From assembly GCF_032191835.1 (NCBI RefSeq), contig NC_083233.1, positions 4,278,001 to 4,342,000 on the forward strand: DNA of 64,000 bases, in the 5' to 3' direction. The notes under the pieces were generated by a model that was given only the letters and a program-made list of their open reading frames with translations, searched no databases and had not been told where the DNA came from. Shown one piece after another: positions 9,953 through 22,584 of this stretch (the first letter of the stretch is position 1; each line of letters opens with the position of its first letter). This DNA comes from Heteronotia binoei (lineage: Eukaryota). Both the position numbers and the translations under genes were made by a program.

Positions 9953-10150
9953 AGGGCTGCCAGCCTCCAAATGGGGCCTGGAGAGTTTCCCAGATTACAG
10001 CTGATCTGCAGATGACAGTCCCCCTGGAGAAAAAGGGCTGCTGTGGAAGGTGGACTCTGTGGCATTTTTCCCTGCTGAGGTCCCTCCTCTCCCCCAGGCT
10101 GTACCCCCCCCCAACTTCAGGAATGTCCCAAACTTGAAATTGACAGCTCT
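9953..10150. mobile_element. Degenerate hAT-Blackjack-like MITE
   Basis: AGGGCTGCCA terminus; interior matches the copy at 62277 in opposite orientation. Confidence 0.55.
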
Positions 10151-10490
10151 GTTGCCAGAATGATGGGAAGGGCAACAAGGAAGGATCCTGCCCCTAGCGA
10201 GCATCATATTTGGGGCATGCTGGTAATTTCCGTAGTCTCCAAGTGTTCCATAATTGGCCACACCCACACCAGTTGTGGTTCAGCTCATTTTCAGCTTCTT
10301 TCCTCAGTTTCTCAGCCAGGTTTCTACTCCTTGCCTCCCCTTTCTCAATTCATTTCTCTCTCTCTTCATTTTCTCCGAGCTCCTAAGCTGTTGGATAGTC
10401 TCTGGAACCAGACAGGCTGGGTGTTAGCAGAGCTCCAGTGGTCCGTTGCCACTTAGCAAAGCTCCATCAGCTCATTGAGCCAGTGAGAAA

Positions 10491-11180
10491 TAGGGATGTG
10501 CATTTGGTTCAGCCGAACTGAATATAACCCCGAAAAACAGCTGATCCGGATGTATTTGGAATGTATAGAGCCAAATCAGATTCTCTGAATTCAGGTGCCA
10601 AATCAGAATTCAGGTGCCGAATACAGCAGTCGTGAAGAGCTGCCGAAATTTGGCAGCCATTCAGCTCCAGCATACCCAGTGGGCCACTGAAGACAAGGCA
10701 AAATAGGATATAATGAGCTGCAGCTGGGGGGAGGGGGTTTGAAGGAGAGGCTCCAAATTTGCAGGGCAACTGCAGGAGCCTCTCCCCGACAGAAACTCCA
10801 AGTTTCAAAAAGATTGGACTGGGAGGTCCAATTCCAGGGGCACTCAAAGAGGTCCCTTTTTTCCTGTGATGGGAAAAAAGCAGTCAGTCATTTTTCCCAC
10901 TGTAATTAGTCGGGGGGGGGGGGTTGAGTGAGAGTTTACAGGGCTGCTCCTGGTGTGTCTCCCCCACAGAACCCCCAACATCCAAAAGGATTGGACCAGG
11001 GAGTTCAATTCTAGGGACACTATCTATGATGGGAAAAGCTGTCCCAGGCAGCAGTCAGATTCTCCTAGAGAATCTCCGCAGTCAAGTCAACTGTGCTGAG
11101 GGTGCCAGCTTGCAAGGGACATAGTTGCCCAGCAGAACGAGAGCTACTGTGGCAATGGTAGCGCGATGCACACAACCTTA
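10491..11180. mobile_element. Non-autonomous DNA-transposon-like repeat
   Basis: Begins TAGGGATGTGCA; shares AAGTTTCAAAAAGATTGGAC..CCAATTC block with the MITEs at 45643 and 46881; no TSD found. Confidence 0.45.
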
Positions 11181-12226
11181 GTTCAAATTAGAGAATCTCT
11201 CAGATTTAAACTCTGGGATGGGGGCTTTCTGTAGGGAATACAGCACAGAACCAGTGCATTGAACACACTAGTGCCAAGCAGCAGAGACAGGGCATGGACT
11301 TTCCACATGCAAAGGAGTTGCATATTGAACTGCAGCCCAACAGAAGAAATACCTGTGGGGAATCCTGTAACACGGCACTGGAAGAAAGAAAATATTGGAA
11401 ACCAGGACAGGACACTTGGGTTTTATAAGAAGCTTCTGAGAAGTCAAGGCTGCTCAAGAGGAAACTTAACTTACATGGTCATAAGTCGCACGAGTATCAC
11501 CTCTAGTTTTCTTTAAAAAACAAGTAGCTTGGGAACCTGTCACTGCACCATACTTATTCTAGTTCTTGGTTCTGGCACAGCATGCACCTGAAGAAAGAAG
11601 CATTCCTCTCTATCATAACAAAGCAGAGAGACCAGTTATCAGAGAAATACTGAAGACCCAGGAACCCCCAGGACCTAACAGAGATATTGGCTTCCTAGTG
11701 GAAATAATGGACAGCTCTTGATTTTCCCCAGAATTCAGACTCTGATTGTTTTAAAAGTGCTACTGGTCTCAAACTTAGTTCTCAGGCATGCAGCATCATT
11801 TCAGAAACAGGCTGGAACAAGTGAGTGCTGAATCACAAAACTCAGGGGAATGTAATATTTGAAGAAATTGTTTTACTGTGTGAACTTGGACATCTGCATT
11901 TTTTATTGCAATGTATCTGAGAATGTGTGGTTGCACACAGAAGTGTATAAATAAAAATGTGTCCGTGTTAGAAAACCATCGGAGGCCATTGAGGGAATGG
12001 GGGCGATCTCTTTGGGTGCCTGGGGATTCCATTGCTCTGTGTTTCTAATGAGTGTGAAGACTGTAATTCAGCAATCTCCTGTTACAGTTTTTTTTTCTGA
12101 AATGATGTTGCAGTAAAACAGGTTGCTGAGATTTGTGAATCTTCATTTCAGATTTGTGCCCATTCATCCTTCGGTATACCCAGGCCACAAGGGTATACAC
12201 ACCCCTATTAATAACATGCCTGAGCA

Positions 12227-12458
12227 CTAAGTTTGACCTCCAGGGTCATCTAGTCCAACCCCCTGCACAATGCAGGAAATTCACAAAGACCTCACCCCAC
12301 CAATGACCCCTGCTCCACGCCCAGAAAATGGCAAAACTGGCCTGGAGAAAAATTGCTGACTGATTCCCAAGTGGCCAAGAGCATTTCCCTGGGCATGTAA
12401 GAAAGGGCCACGAGGATGAAGCACTTATGCAACCCTCCTTGCCCTCATGATCCGCCTA
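12227..12458 (-). mobile_element. CR1 LINE 3' UTR fragment
   Basis: GGTCATCTAGTCCAACCCCCTGCACAATGCAGGAAATTCAC; reverse complement of the 3' UTR at 49005-49930. Confidence 0.75.
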
Positions 12459-12878
12459 CTAGGTTGTCTGGTGGCCTTTTTCCTGGTCATGTTGGTGATC
12501 TTTCAACTTATCTATGCTGAGGATGTGACCTGGATCCTTGCAGAGATCTAGCCAGCTGTTCTTGCTGATTTCAGCTGCAAGGGTGGGGAGGAGGCTGAGG
12601 TTAGCTTATTTGAAGCAGGATACAGGGGTCTTACACATGGCTTCTTTGCTCAGCTTGGCTGTTCCTAGGGAGTGCATTTTTTTCCTACTTCCCCACAGTA
12701 TTGTAGAGTTTTGGTGCAATTCTCGTCTTCCCAGGATATTTTGCATTTTTTCCAAAACCTACGACTCTTGGAAAAAATCAGTCAGGGTGACAGCTGTGTG
12801 GATGGGAAAGTGCAGATCTTTCACAGTCACCCCCCTCAAAAATGACACTACTTTCCCTGCCCCAGCTTTCCATGGATC

Positions 12879-13375
12879 CCATTTCCTTACACACACACAC
12901 AGTGTAGGACTTTTCTCTCCAAGAAACCCATTTCTCCCCCCCCCCCACACACACACACACAGTGTAGGACTTTTCTCTCCAAGAAACCCATTTCTCCCCC
13001 CCCCCCCCCACACACACACACACAGTGTAGGACTTTTCTCTCCAAGAAACCCATTTCTCCCCCCCACACACACACACACAGTGTAGGACTTTTCTCTCCA
13101 AGAAACCCATTTCTCCCCCCCCCCCACACACACACACAGTGTAGGACTTTTCTCTCCAAGAAACCCATTTCTCCCCCCCACACACACACACACAGTGTAG
13201 GACTTTTCTCTCCAAGAAACCCATTTCTCCCCCCCCCACACACACACACAGTGTAGGACTTTTCTCTCCAAGAAACCCATTTCTCCCCCCCACACACACA
13301 CACACAGTGTAGGACTTTTCTCTCCAAGAAACCCATTTCTCCCCCCCCCCCACACACACACAGTGTAGGACTTTT
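12879..13375. repeat. Composite minisatellite: 35-nt constant core + variable poly-C + variable (CA)n
   Basis: Core AGTGTAGGACTTTTCTCTCCAAGAAACCCATTTCT at 12901, 12961, 13024, 13080, 13138, 13194, 13250, 13306; partial ninth at 13362. Confidence 0.95.
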
Positions 13376-15070
13376 TAAAAAATCAATAATTGTTAGATTG
13401 TTACAGCTTATTATATTGCAACAGTCTGTTGCCATCACCTCCCAGTTCCAAGCTGTCACCTTTTTTTTAAAAAAGCAAGATATAGCCCTTTTATCTTATG
13501 AGGAAATGCTGTGGAGTTATAAGAGGAAACTAACAAATTGGATAGAGACATAGTTGTTTGTTTTTTTTAAATGAAAGCTGTGAATTAGAAGATTATAGCA
13601 ATAGATTTTTGCAGCGTTATACCAATCTAGCAAAACCACTGGTGTATGGAGAGGGAATAGCAGTTGCAGGTAGTGAGGGAGGAAAAACAGAGGGAAATTC
13701 ATGTGGAAGCCCTGTTTTTACTGCCATTCATTGAGAGCTGCAGCCACAACCATAGGAAGGAAATAACTGCCCTTGGGGAAATTCCAAAGCCCACAGCATT
13801 TTAGAAACAGGTTTGGTGAAACCACCAATGAAGACCTCCATTCCATTCTTCTAACCTTGATCATTTTTATCCAGTTCCAGTATACTATTTCCAGACAGGG
13901 TGTTCAAAGAGCCACTCCAGAATTCCTGGAGGATATTGATAAGCCAGGTCCATGTGGTTCTGGCGTCATTATATAAGAGAGATGGCTTTGGTCCCCCTCG
14001 TGAATAAGCTGCACCAGCTCTTCTCTACACAGCTTTTGACAGTTCCTCTGGACTGCCTAAGGAAGCAAAGCTCAGTGGCTCTGTTCTTCCTGCAGGTATA
14101 TCTGAGAGGCGGGCTAGAGACTGCTGCTCCTCCATATCGGGGCTTGTGGGAGCCACAGGGTTTTTTCCCTGATCCCTGTGACAGCATTTTCAGCTTTTGT
14201 GTCACAAGCCTGTAAGAAGGAGCCACCCTTTTTGTTGCTACTCGCCCTCATGTAGAGGGAGTGGGGGTGCCACATCTCTGGCCTCTTGTGGCACGAATGC
14301 TGTGTTGTTCCATGACTGGTATCACGAGACTGTACTGCCACATGCTGGCAGTTCAGTAAGTCCTTATGGTGCCACTTGGGGGTGAGAGGTTGGTCCAAGT
14401 CATAGGAGGATAGTTCCAGAGAATGGCCCTGTTGATCTGCAGCTGGATTTGAGACCAACAGCACTTAGAGAGCAACCAAGGTGTTTGGGGTATTCATTTT
14501 TGAGAATCAAAGCTCCCTTTGGCAGTCCTGAAATGGAAAAGCTTCAAGGGGAATTTACAATGTGAACTTGAGTTAATTCACAAATTCAGAGCACAGCTGC
14601 TAAGAGCCACCAAGGGCCCGCAAACAAAGAGTCCATCTGCCTCCATGTCCCTGATCCAAACCAAATAGCCGAACAAAACAAATTGCTGCCAGCAGGCATC
14701 TAGAATAGACAAAGGATCCACATGTCCCTCTGCCTGTGTGTTTGTGGCAGCCAGGGCTTGTGTGTGTGTGTGTGTGTGCTGGAACCCACCGGAGCACAGC
14801 TTTCCCTGAGTTGGCCATGGCTTCAGCAGGAAAAGGTGGCCACATGTAGCAGGTCTAAGCCATGCTGTGGAGGTGGCCTCCTGGAACCCTACTGAGCTCC
14901 TGCTGGGCTTTTTCTTAAAGCTGTAGTGGCAGGTATAACTCATCAGAAAATAAAACTAGTAAAGTCAAATTTGGGCCCCCAGCCTCAGGATAGTTATGGG
15001 AATTCCAGGGTCGAAAATTAAAGGAACTGGAATACTCTTCAGATCCTGCCCCCATGCTGTTTGCAAAGGT

Positions 15071-15430
15071 TGTGTGGTGGTTGAAGTGTTAGACTAGGAC
15101 CTGGGAGACCTACATTCATAGCTTGACTTGTGCTGTGGAAGCTGGCTGAGTGATCTTGGGCCAGTCACACGCTCTCAGCCTCACCCATCTCACACAGTTG
15201 TTAGAACCACAGAGTCAGAAGGGACCTCCTGGATCATCCAGTCCAACTCCCTGCACAATGCAGGAAATTCACAACATCCCCAGTGACCCCTGCAGGCCCC
15301 ATGCCCAGAAGATGACAGAAACCTCCAGGATCCCTGGCCAAACGGGCCTGGAGGGAAACTGCTGCCTGCCCCCCAAGTGGCAAAGTGTTGTAAGGATAAA
15401 ACAAAGGAGAGGAGAACGACGGAAGTTGTT
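15071..15430 (+). mobile_element. Ther1/MIR-like SINE interrupted by a minus-strand CR1 3' fragment (~15203-15380)
   Basis: GTGTGGTGGTTGAAGTGTTAGACTAGG..TCTCAGCCTCACCCATCTCACACAGTTGTT | CR1 | GTTGTAAGGATAAAAC. Confidence 0.7.
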
Positions 15431-16253
15431 TGCTCTGGATTCCCCTGGGTGCAGGCTAAAGGTGGGATAGAAAGTAAATGAATAAACTTCTTACTTCTGT
15501 TCCTCCTTTGTTATCACTGAGGCAGAGTAGCATTTATTATGATGCCTGTTAAAACTGGAGGGGGAGAGGAAGCATCCTTTTACTACTTTAATAGTGTGGG
15601 ACATTAACTCCCTCCTTCTGCACACAGTATTAAAAGAGGTTTGCTTCTATACTGCCATTAAATACATTCTAAGTTGCCAGCTAAGATGAGGGAGGCAGCA
15701 TTAATACCAAACAAGAAGGGGGGCTGGATTAGAAGTTGAGCTAGATCCCCCCCCCCACACTGCCCCACACTGACAAGGCTGCCTTGTTAGGATCTGGCTG
15801 GGCAGGAGCTGGGGGTGGAACTAAAGGGAAAAGAAAATGACAGACCTGGTTAGGAGGCTGCGTCTTCCTTTGCTCCAGTGCAGACTGGGCTAATGATGGG
15901 TTTAGCAGAACTTGATCAGCAAATGGGTTCCGCCCCTTCCCGTCCTGAAGCTCTTTGCTGTGCTTGGACTTCCCTGCAGCCCTCATAGCCACAGTCAGAA
16001 CTGCGCTGCGGGGGTGGGGGGGTCTTTTTGAAATGCCTTCTGTGTGAATAAAGCATGGGGGCAGCTTCAGGGGCCTTCCAGCTGTCTGTCCAAATTCCCC
16101 CCTCCCCATTCCAGTCGGCAGCCCTGATTCAGAACAGCACCCACCGGGGCTGAATAGGGACATGGGATTCTTATCTCACTGGAGATAATTTATCTATTGC
16201 TGTCAAGTCACAGCTGACTGATGCCTTTCAAGGCATGAGCCTAGCAGAGTCAG

Positions 16254-16366
16254 TTTGCCATGGCCTCTCTTTCCATCATGGCCCTCGACTGACCTGGTGG
16301 CCTCCCATCCAAAGGCTCGCCAGGGCTGACTCTGCTGAGCTTCTGAGATCTAAGTCTGGGCTCTCC
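16254..16366 (-). mobile_element. 5S rRNA-derived SINE head (5S-Sauria-like)
   Basis: Reverse strand GATCTCAGAAGCTCAGCAGAGTCAGCCCTGG..TTGGATGGGAGGCCACC resembles the 5S internal control region. Confidence 0.65.
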
Positions 16367-16439
16367 ATCTCACTACAGATGCAAAATGTTCTGCCCGTGA
16401 GCCTCTCTCTGCTCTGATCAAGGTGATTCCACAGCACAC

Positions 16440-16600
16440 CGTACCTTTGCATCCTGAGTTCCTTCTTTGCAACACGCCTCCCACCTTCGGACTGGGATAT
16501 GAGGACTCAGAGATCTGACGAAGGGAGTTTTGATTGCCTTATAGATCTTTCTGCTCTCTTAAGGTGCTGTTGGGCTCCAGTCTAGCTGTTCCACTGCCTT
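16440..16600 (+). mobile_element. Penelope-like element terminal fragment (partial hammerhead core)
   Basis: CTGACGAAGGGAG at 16515 followed by CTCTTAAGGTGCTGTTGGGCTC..TCTAGCTGTT; GAAA half missing. Confidence 0.55.
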
Positions 16601-18419
16601 GTGATGTTTAACATTGATGTGGAACTCCTTTGAGGTGGGAGGTTCACCCAGAGGGGTCTGAGCTCTGTTGCATCAGTAGGGAGATGATGCCCAATTCTGC
16701 CTCTCGTTTCTGACTAGAGCCGGGGATGCTGCAGCTAGTCTGAGCTGGTATATGAGATCGGCCATGGACCAGAGGAGGCAGACAAGCTGAAACTTCATCT
16801 AGAGGAGAAGTGCCCTTCACTGGAAACAGGGCTGGCCTGGAAGTTGAGGGTGCATCTTGGGGAATGCTCCTGGGCCCAGGAAGAACTACGTAACTCTCTG
16901 CCTTTCGATGTCCTGAGCTTCCACAGAAGCTGGTTGTGATAAACCAGTAGAGTCCATTGTTACAGGGTATTTAGATGGCTGTGGCCAGTGATGGGTTTTA
17001 TTGGACAAATCCATAGAGGAAATCCATGGCTAATGGCACGTGACCATATCTGCTATGAGTAGAATCTCCATGTATACCTTTTTATTGCAAGAATTTGGGT
17101 ACCAGTAACAGAGGGTCCCCCTCCAAGGTTTCCTGCATGTGGATTTCCCAGAGTTTGATCCCCCTCGTGGAGACTTCTACTTGCACTACGTTGGAGTTGA
17201 CCAGCCTGGCTCTCAAAGCACTTCTCAATCCTCTTTTTCTTTCACACTGTAAGATAGAACCCTCCATAAGAAAGCTGGCTTGGGCCAGCCCCAAACTATC
17301 TGTCCCCTGGAAAGCTGCCTTCCAGTTTGCACAACAGGAGTTATTGGTCAGCCTCAAAAGTGAAACAGCATCAGGTACATATAATTGGGCTTGGAAGTAG
17401 ATTGTCCAGTGAGTCACACTCAGAGGAGCAAAATTTCAGAAGGTGAGGAGGACCAGAGAGAAAGGCTGTTAGAAGGTTGGTGAAAGCAAAGCATGGGGTT
17501 GGCCGTGAGATTCTTCAGTAGGCCAAGGGGGAGAGGTGGTGGAGCTGTTTAAATCTGGCCAGTCCTTTCTGATCTTTAGAGCTGGTTGGCTATGTATGGT
17601 GAATCATAGATTTGCAGAAAAGAAAGGAGGGGATATTTTCCCAGGTGAATTTTCAGTATTGCTTTGCAAGAGTTCCATGAGGGTACCTGTCACAAACGTG
17701 GGAGGAGCTTATCTAAGAATATCAGCTGAGATTGCCAATAGTGATTGCAGGCACACAAGTGGCTTGAGTTGTGCCGGTCTCTGTCTGTGCCTTGAAAGAA
17801 CCATCAGAGTGAAGCAATGAGCAGCTGAGGAGTGGCTGGGAGACCTTTCTGGGTGTACTATTTTCAGCAGCCAGTGGTGCTATTGCTAGTGGTGTGTCTA
17901 TATTAAGTATGTGAGGACATAAATGGCACCTTTCTGGCTGCAGGCAGCCTGGGATTCTCACCCATTTTCTTTTGCAAAGCACTGCTCTCCAGTATCACAA
18001 GTTCTCCAGAGGCCCCTGTGACGAGGTGTTTGGCCTGCTGCAAATTCTCATCTCAGGACCTTAAGGCATCCTGCTCCCCTCTCTTTGTGAGAGCTGAAAT
18101 CCTCTCCTAGACAAACATGTGCAAAGTTATTTTGGTTTTATTTTCTGTGGATAACTAACTGCTTGTCTGCAATGAAGGGAGAAGCCTCACCAGTTCCAGA
18201 CAAGCACAGGGGACGGGTTCCTCTCGAAGGAAGGATCCCCACTGGCTCAGGAACGTTCCTCTCTGTGTGATCTTCTCATGTGTTCTCTACGTCTGCTTGA
18301 CAAGGAGTCCCACTCATTGCAGTGGGAAAGGAAGGGTGCAGCTTCTGTGGCCACTGCCAGCTGAACTCACCTTGCCAGGAAGATCACCAGGAAGCCTCAG
18401 GGCTCTGGTTTTCACACTT

Positions 18420-18656
18420 CTACCGTTTTCGCACACAGCTTACCACACAGTCACGTTCCTGTTCTCTCCACAGCGTCCATCGGATTTCCCACTATCTGTG
18501 CTGAAGTTACAGGAAGTGCCGCGGCTTTTGGGTAGCAAATGTAAACTTGGGTTTTAGCGGTTTACGTTTGCTACGCAAAAGCCATGGCACTTCCTGTAAC
18601 TTCGGCGCAGATAGTGGGAAATCCGATGGACACTGCGGAGAGAACAGGAACGTGAC
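18420..18656. repeat. Palindromic MITE-like hairpin
   Basis: 97-bp arms 18450-18546 and 18560-18656, 8 mismatches, 13-nt loop. Confidence 0.85.
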
Positions 18657-18781
18657 AGTCTTCCTGTCTTCCCTCCCTGCTGCCCTCAATTCCTTTGGGG
18701 GAGCTCTGCTGGAACAGGCCTTCCACAGCTCCTACCCTCTGCTTTCCCCTAGAAAGCTCTTTGCTGCAGGCAGGCTTATTG

Positions 18782-21525
18782 ATTATTTATTATTTATTTA
18801 TTACATTCAACTTATATCCCGCCCTCTCCGCAAGCGGACTCAGGGCGGCTCACAACATCATGTCAATACAGTTAAACCACTAAAACATATAAAACCATAA
18901 TTTACATATTTTAATTTAAAAAAACATTTTACAATTTTTAAAACCATTCTATGGTGCTGCATTCATACAATACAGGTGGCATTGAATTTCCGAACAGTGA
19001 TCACCAGCATTCTATGTGATGTCCGGTGGCAGCCCTCTTTCCGTCAAGCATCGAAGGCCTGCTTGAACAATTCGGTCTTACAGGCCCTGCGGAATGCAGA
19101 CAGATCCCGCAGGGCCCTTATGGCTTCCGGAAGGGTATTCCAAAGCTCTGGTGCTGCCACCGAAAAAGCCCTAGATCTTGTCACACATAACCTGGCTTCT
19201 TTTGGCCCGGGGGCGGACAGTAAGTTTTTTGCCCCTGAACACAGTGCTCTCTGGGGGATATATGGAGAAAGGCGGTCCCGTAGATAGGCAGGTCCCTGAC
19301 CATAAAGGGCTTTAAAGGTCAATACCAACACTTTGAAGCGAACTCGGAACAGGTAGCCAGTGCAGCTCTTTCAGCACTGGCTGAATGTGCTCCCATCGTG
19401 GCAGCCTCATTAACAGCCGTGCCGCAGCATTCTGCACTAGCTGTAGTCTCCGGGTTCGCGTCAAGGGTAGCCCCATGTAGAGAGCATTACAGTGATCTAT
19501 TCTTGAGGTGACCGTAGCATAGATTACCATCGCTAAATCGTTGTGCTCCAGGAAAGGAGCCAGCTGCCGCACCTGCCGAAGATGAAACAGATCTAACAGT
19601 GGCTGCTACCTGGGCCTCCATTGTAAGGGAGGACTCAAGGAGCACGCCTAAGCTCTTGACCTTAGGGACCGGTATTAGTGGCACCCCATCAAGAGTCGGC
19701 AGATGGATCTCTCCCCTTGGACCACCCCGGCTCAGGTAGAGAACCTCCGTCTTCATCGGATTCAGTTTCAGCCGACTCAGTCTGAGCCAAGATGCCACGG
19801 CTTGTAGAGCCAGGTCTAGATTTTCCGGGGTACAATTGGACTGGCCGCCCATCAATAGGTACAGCTAGGTGTCATCCGCATATTGATGACAACCCAGTCT
19901 GTACCTCCTGACAATCTGGGCAAGGGGGCGGATATAGATATTAAATAGCATCGGGGATAGGACCGCTCCCTGTGGCACCCCACAACTAAGAGAGTGCCTC
20001 TGGGATACTTCCTCCCCGATCACCACCCTTTGTCCCCGATCTTGGAGAAAAGAGGTCAGCCACTGTAAGGCAGATCCCTGAATCCCCACATCGGCAAGAC
20101 AGCTAGTCAGTAGCTGATGGTCAACCGTATCAAAAGCGGCTGACAGGTCTAATAACAACAGCACCGCTGAGCCACCCCAATCCAGATGTCGCATGAGGTC
20201 ATCTATGAGAGCGACCAGAACCATTTCCATCCCGTGACCTGACCAAAAGCCAGACTGGAATGGATCCAGTGTGGAAGTGTCCTCCAGGAATCCCTGTAGC
20301 TGAATTGCCACCGCCCGCTCTATAACTTTACCCAAAAAGGGGAGGTTCGACACCGGCCGATAGTTCGCCAATATGGCCGGGTCCGCTGATGGTTTTTTTA
20401 AGAGAGGGCGGACCACTGCCTCTTTAAGAGGTGTGGGAAAGATCCTTTCTACCCGGGACCTGTTGACAATACCTTGTAGTGGTTCACGCAGCCACGTCTG
20501 GCTCGCTTTTATAAGCCAAGACGGGCACGGGTCCAACCTACAAGTCATAGGGCGTACAGCTACAAGGATCCTGTCGACTTCCTCCAGGCTGAGTGGATTG
20601 AAAGAATCCAGAATTGGACCAGAAGACGCACTTGGTGCTCCAAGTTCTTCTACTGTATCAATTATAGCGGGTAAGTCGCGTCGGAGCGACGAGACCTTAT
20701 CTGCGAAAAAACTCGCAAAAGCCTCACAGCCTATTTCCAATTCTCTAATATTTTGTTTGCCCTGCGGCAAATTTGTTAATGACCGAATTATACTAAACAG
20801 TTGTGCTGGGCGCGAGGTCACAGATGCAATTCTGGACGCAAAGTGGGCCTTCTTTGCGGCCTGAACTGCCATCTCATAGGTCCGCATAAATGACCTATAT
20901 GATGTTCTCGTAGCTTCATCACGAGTGTGACACCATTGTCTCTCTAGTCGTTTCATTGATCGCAACTCCGGGGTATACCACGGAGCGGATCGTGATCGAG
21001 GATGAAGAGGACGTCGGGGAGCGATTTCTTCGATGGCCGTGGAGAGCTGGTCATTCCAGATCTCCACTAGCTCATCCAGCGGTTCGCCAGAGGGCCAGGG
21101 ATTCCGCATGGCCATTTGAAGCCGCAACGGGTCCATCTGGCTACGCGGGCGAGCTAAAACCTGCTCACCGCCTAAACGGGATAGGGGTGGCTTGTTCACA
21201 CGAGCCTTCAAGGCCTGGTGGTCAGACCATGGCACTGCCTCGGCAGATATCTGATCCACTACAACTCCCGCCGCAAAGATCAGGTCTAGTGTGTGCCCAG
21301 CCTGGTGCGTGGGCACTGTTATATATTGGGAAAATCCCAGTGCTGCCATGGAAAGCACTAGGTCCGTCGCACGAGTAGAAGCCGCATCCTCGGCATGGAC
21401 ACTGAAGTCACCCAGGACTATAAGTTGAGGGTGCTCCAATGCCCAGCTTGCTATAGCCTCCATCAGGGACGGTAAGGCACTGGCCGCTGCGTTAGGTGGA
21501 CGATACACCGGCCAGATTGCCAAAC
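18782..21525 (-). mobile_element. L2-clade LINE, 5'-truncated (part of endonuclease, RT, 3' UTR and tail), disrupted
   Basis: VYRPP, VLGDF, HTLDL, WSDH; LDPFQSGF, LLDLSAAFDTVDH, GVPQGAVLSP, YADDT then stop; LQLVQNAAARLL, LHWLPV; (ATAA)-type tail. Confidence 0.92.
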
Positions 21526-21699
21526 TTCACTCCTACCAACCAACAGAGGGGCCCTCCTGCAACAAGCCCCCATACCTCATCGCAGGCCTGTGAAGGAGCA
21601 GCATCAAAAGGAAAGGGCGACACATGCGCAGGATCCCACCTCTCAGACATAGTTCTTGTAAGGAGATTCTTAGAGCATGCTGTGTAGCCACCCAAAACA

Positions 21700-21950
21700 T
21701 GGAGGAGGAGGAGCAGATGATGATGATGATATTGGATTTATACTCTGAATCTCCTTTACCTCCCCCCCCCCACAACAGACACCCTGTGAGGTAGGTGGGG
21801 CTGAGAGAGCTCTCCCAGAAGCCCTTTCAAGGACAACAAGAGCTATGCAAGAGCTATGACTAACCCAGAGCCATTCCAGCAGCTGCAAGGGGAATCAAAC
21901 CCAGTTCTTCCAGATAAGAATCTGCGCACTTAACCACCACACCCAACTGG
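21700..21950 (-). mobile_element. Squam3-like tRNA-derived SINE
   Basis: CCACAACAGACACCCTGTGAGGTAGGTGGGGCTGAGAG..GCACTTAACCACCACACC. Confidence 0.8.
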
Positions 21951-22584
21951 TGTCCACTGGGGCAGCTGACAGCTGTGTTTCTTCTACTGTGCTCTCTTCC
22001 CTTTCCTCCTCAGAAGAAAGCACTGCTTTCTTGGGAGGGAGGAGGCTGTAGCCCCTGTGCTAACCCTTCCAGCACCACCCGCTGCCAAACTGGCGGCTCA
22101 TCCAGGATGGGAGCACCCAGAAGCCAAAGCTCCTGCCTGCTGTCCCTCCCTGCTCATCTGAGTTCCTGGACTCGGCGACAGGCAGGCAGGCGCTCACAAG
22201 GGGGCCGGAGGGTGACATGGATGAAGGCTGGAGTCGGAGGCAAAGGTGCGGCTATTCCCTGCATCACCAAGGCCTCGATGCTCTTCTGATTCATTACACC
22301 GGGATTCCTGCCATTTAGTACTTAATTAATGAAGAAGAAGAATTGCAGATGTGCCTCGCCCTGGACAAATTTGGGGTGGCAGGTGTCCGAGAGCCTTTGT
22401 AAGGAAGACTTTGGTTGTTTCAGCAAAAGGCAAACGCAGCTAACTGGCTGGGGTTGTGCAGGAGATAAAGGATGACCCCCAAATCCATAGCTGGCTTGCC
22501 ACCTAAAATGTTTTTTGAAAAATTGTCTTTTTATGACAATGTTTGAGATGATAAGAGGAAGTGAAAGGACTGTAATATCAATAA

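Noticed and set aside
12879-13375. CRISPR-like array (constant ~35-nt repeat with spacers)
   Set aside because: Spacers are only poly-C and (CA)n, the context is a vertebrate intron, and there are no cas genes
12538-13459. 180-200 aa ORFs across the minisatellite
   Set aside because: Low-complexity translations of a repeat that lacks stop codons
16254-16366. 5S rRNA gene
   Set aside because: Partial, diverged and joined to a SINE tail
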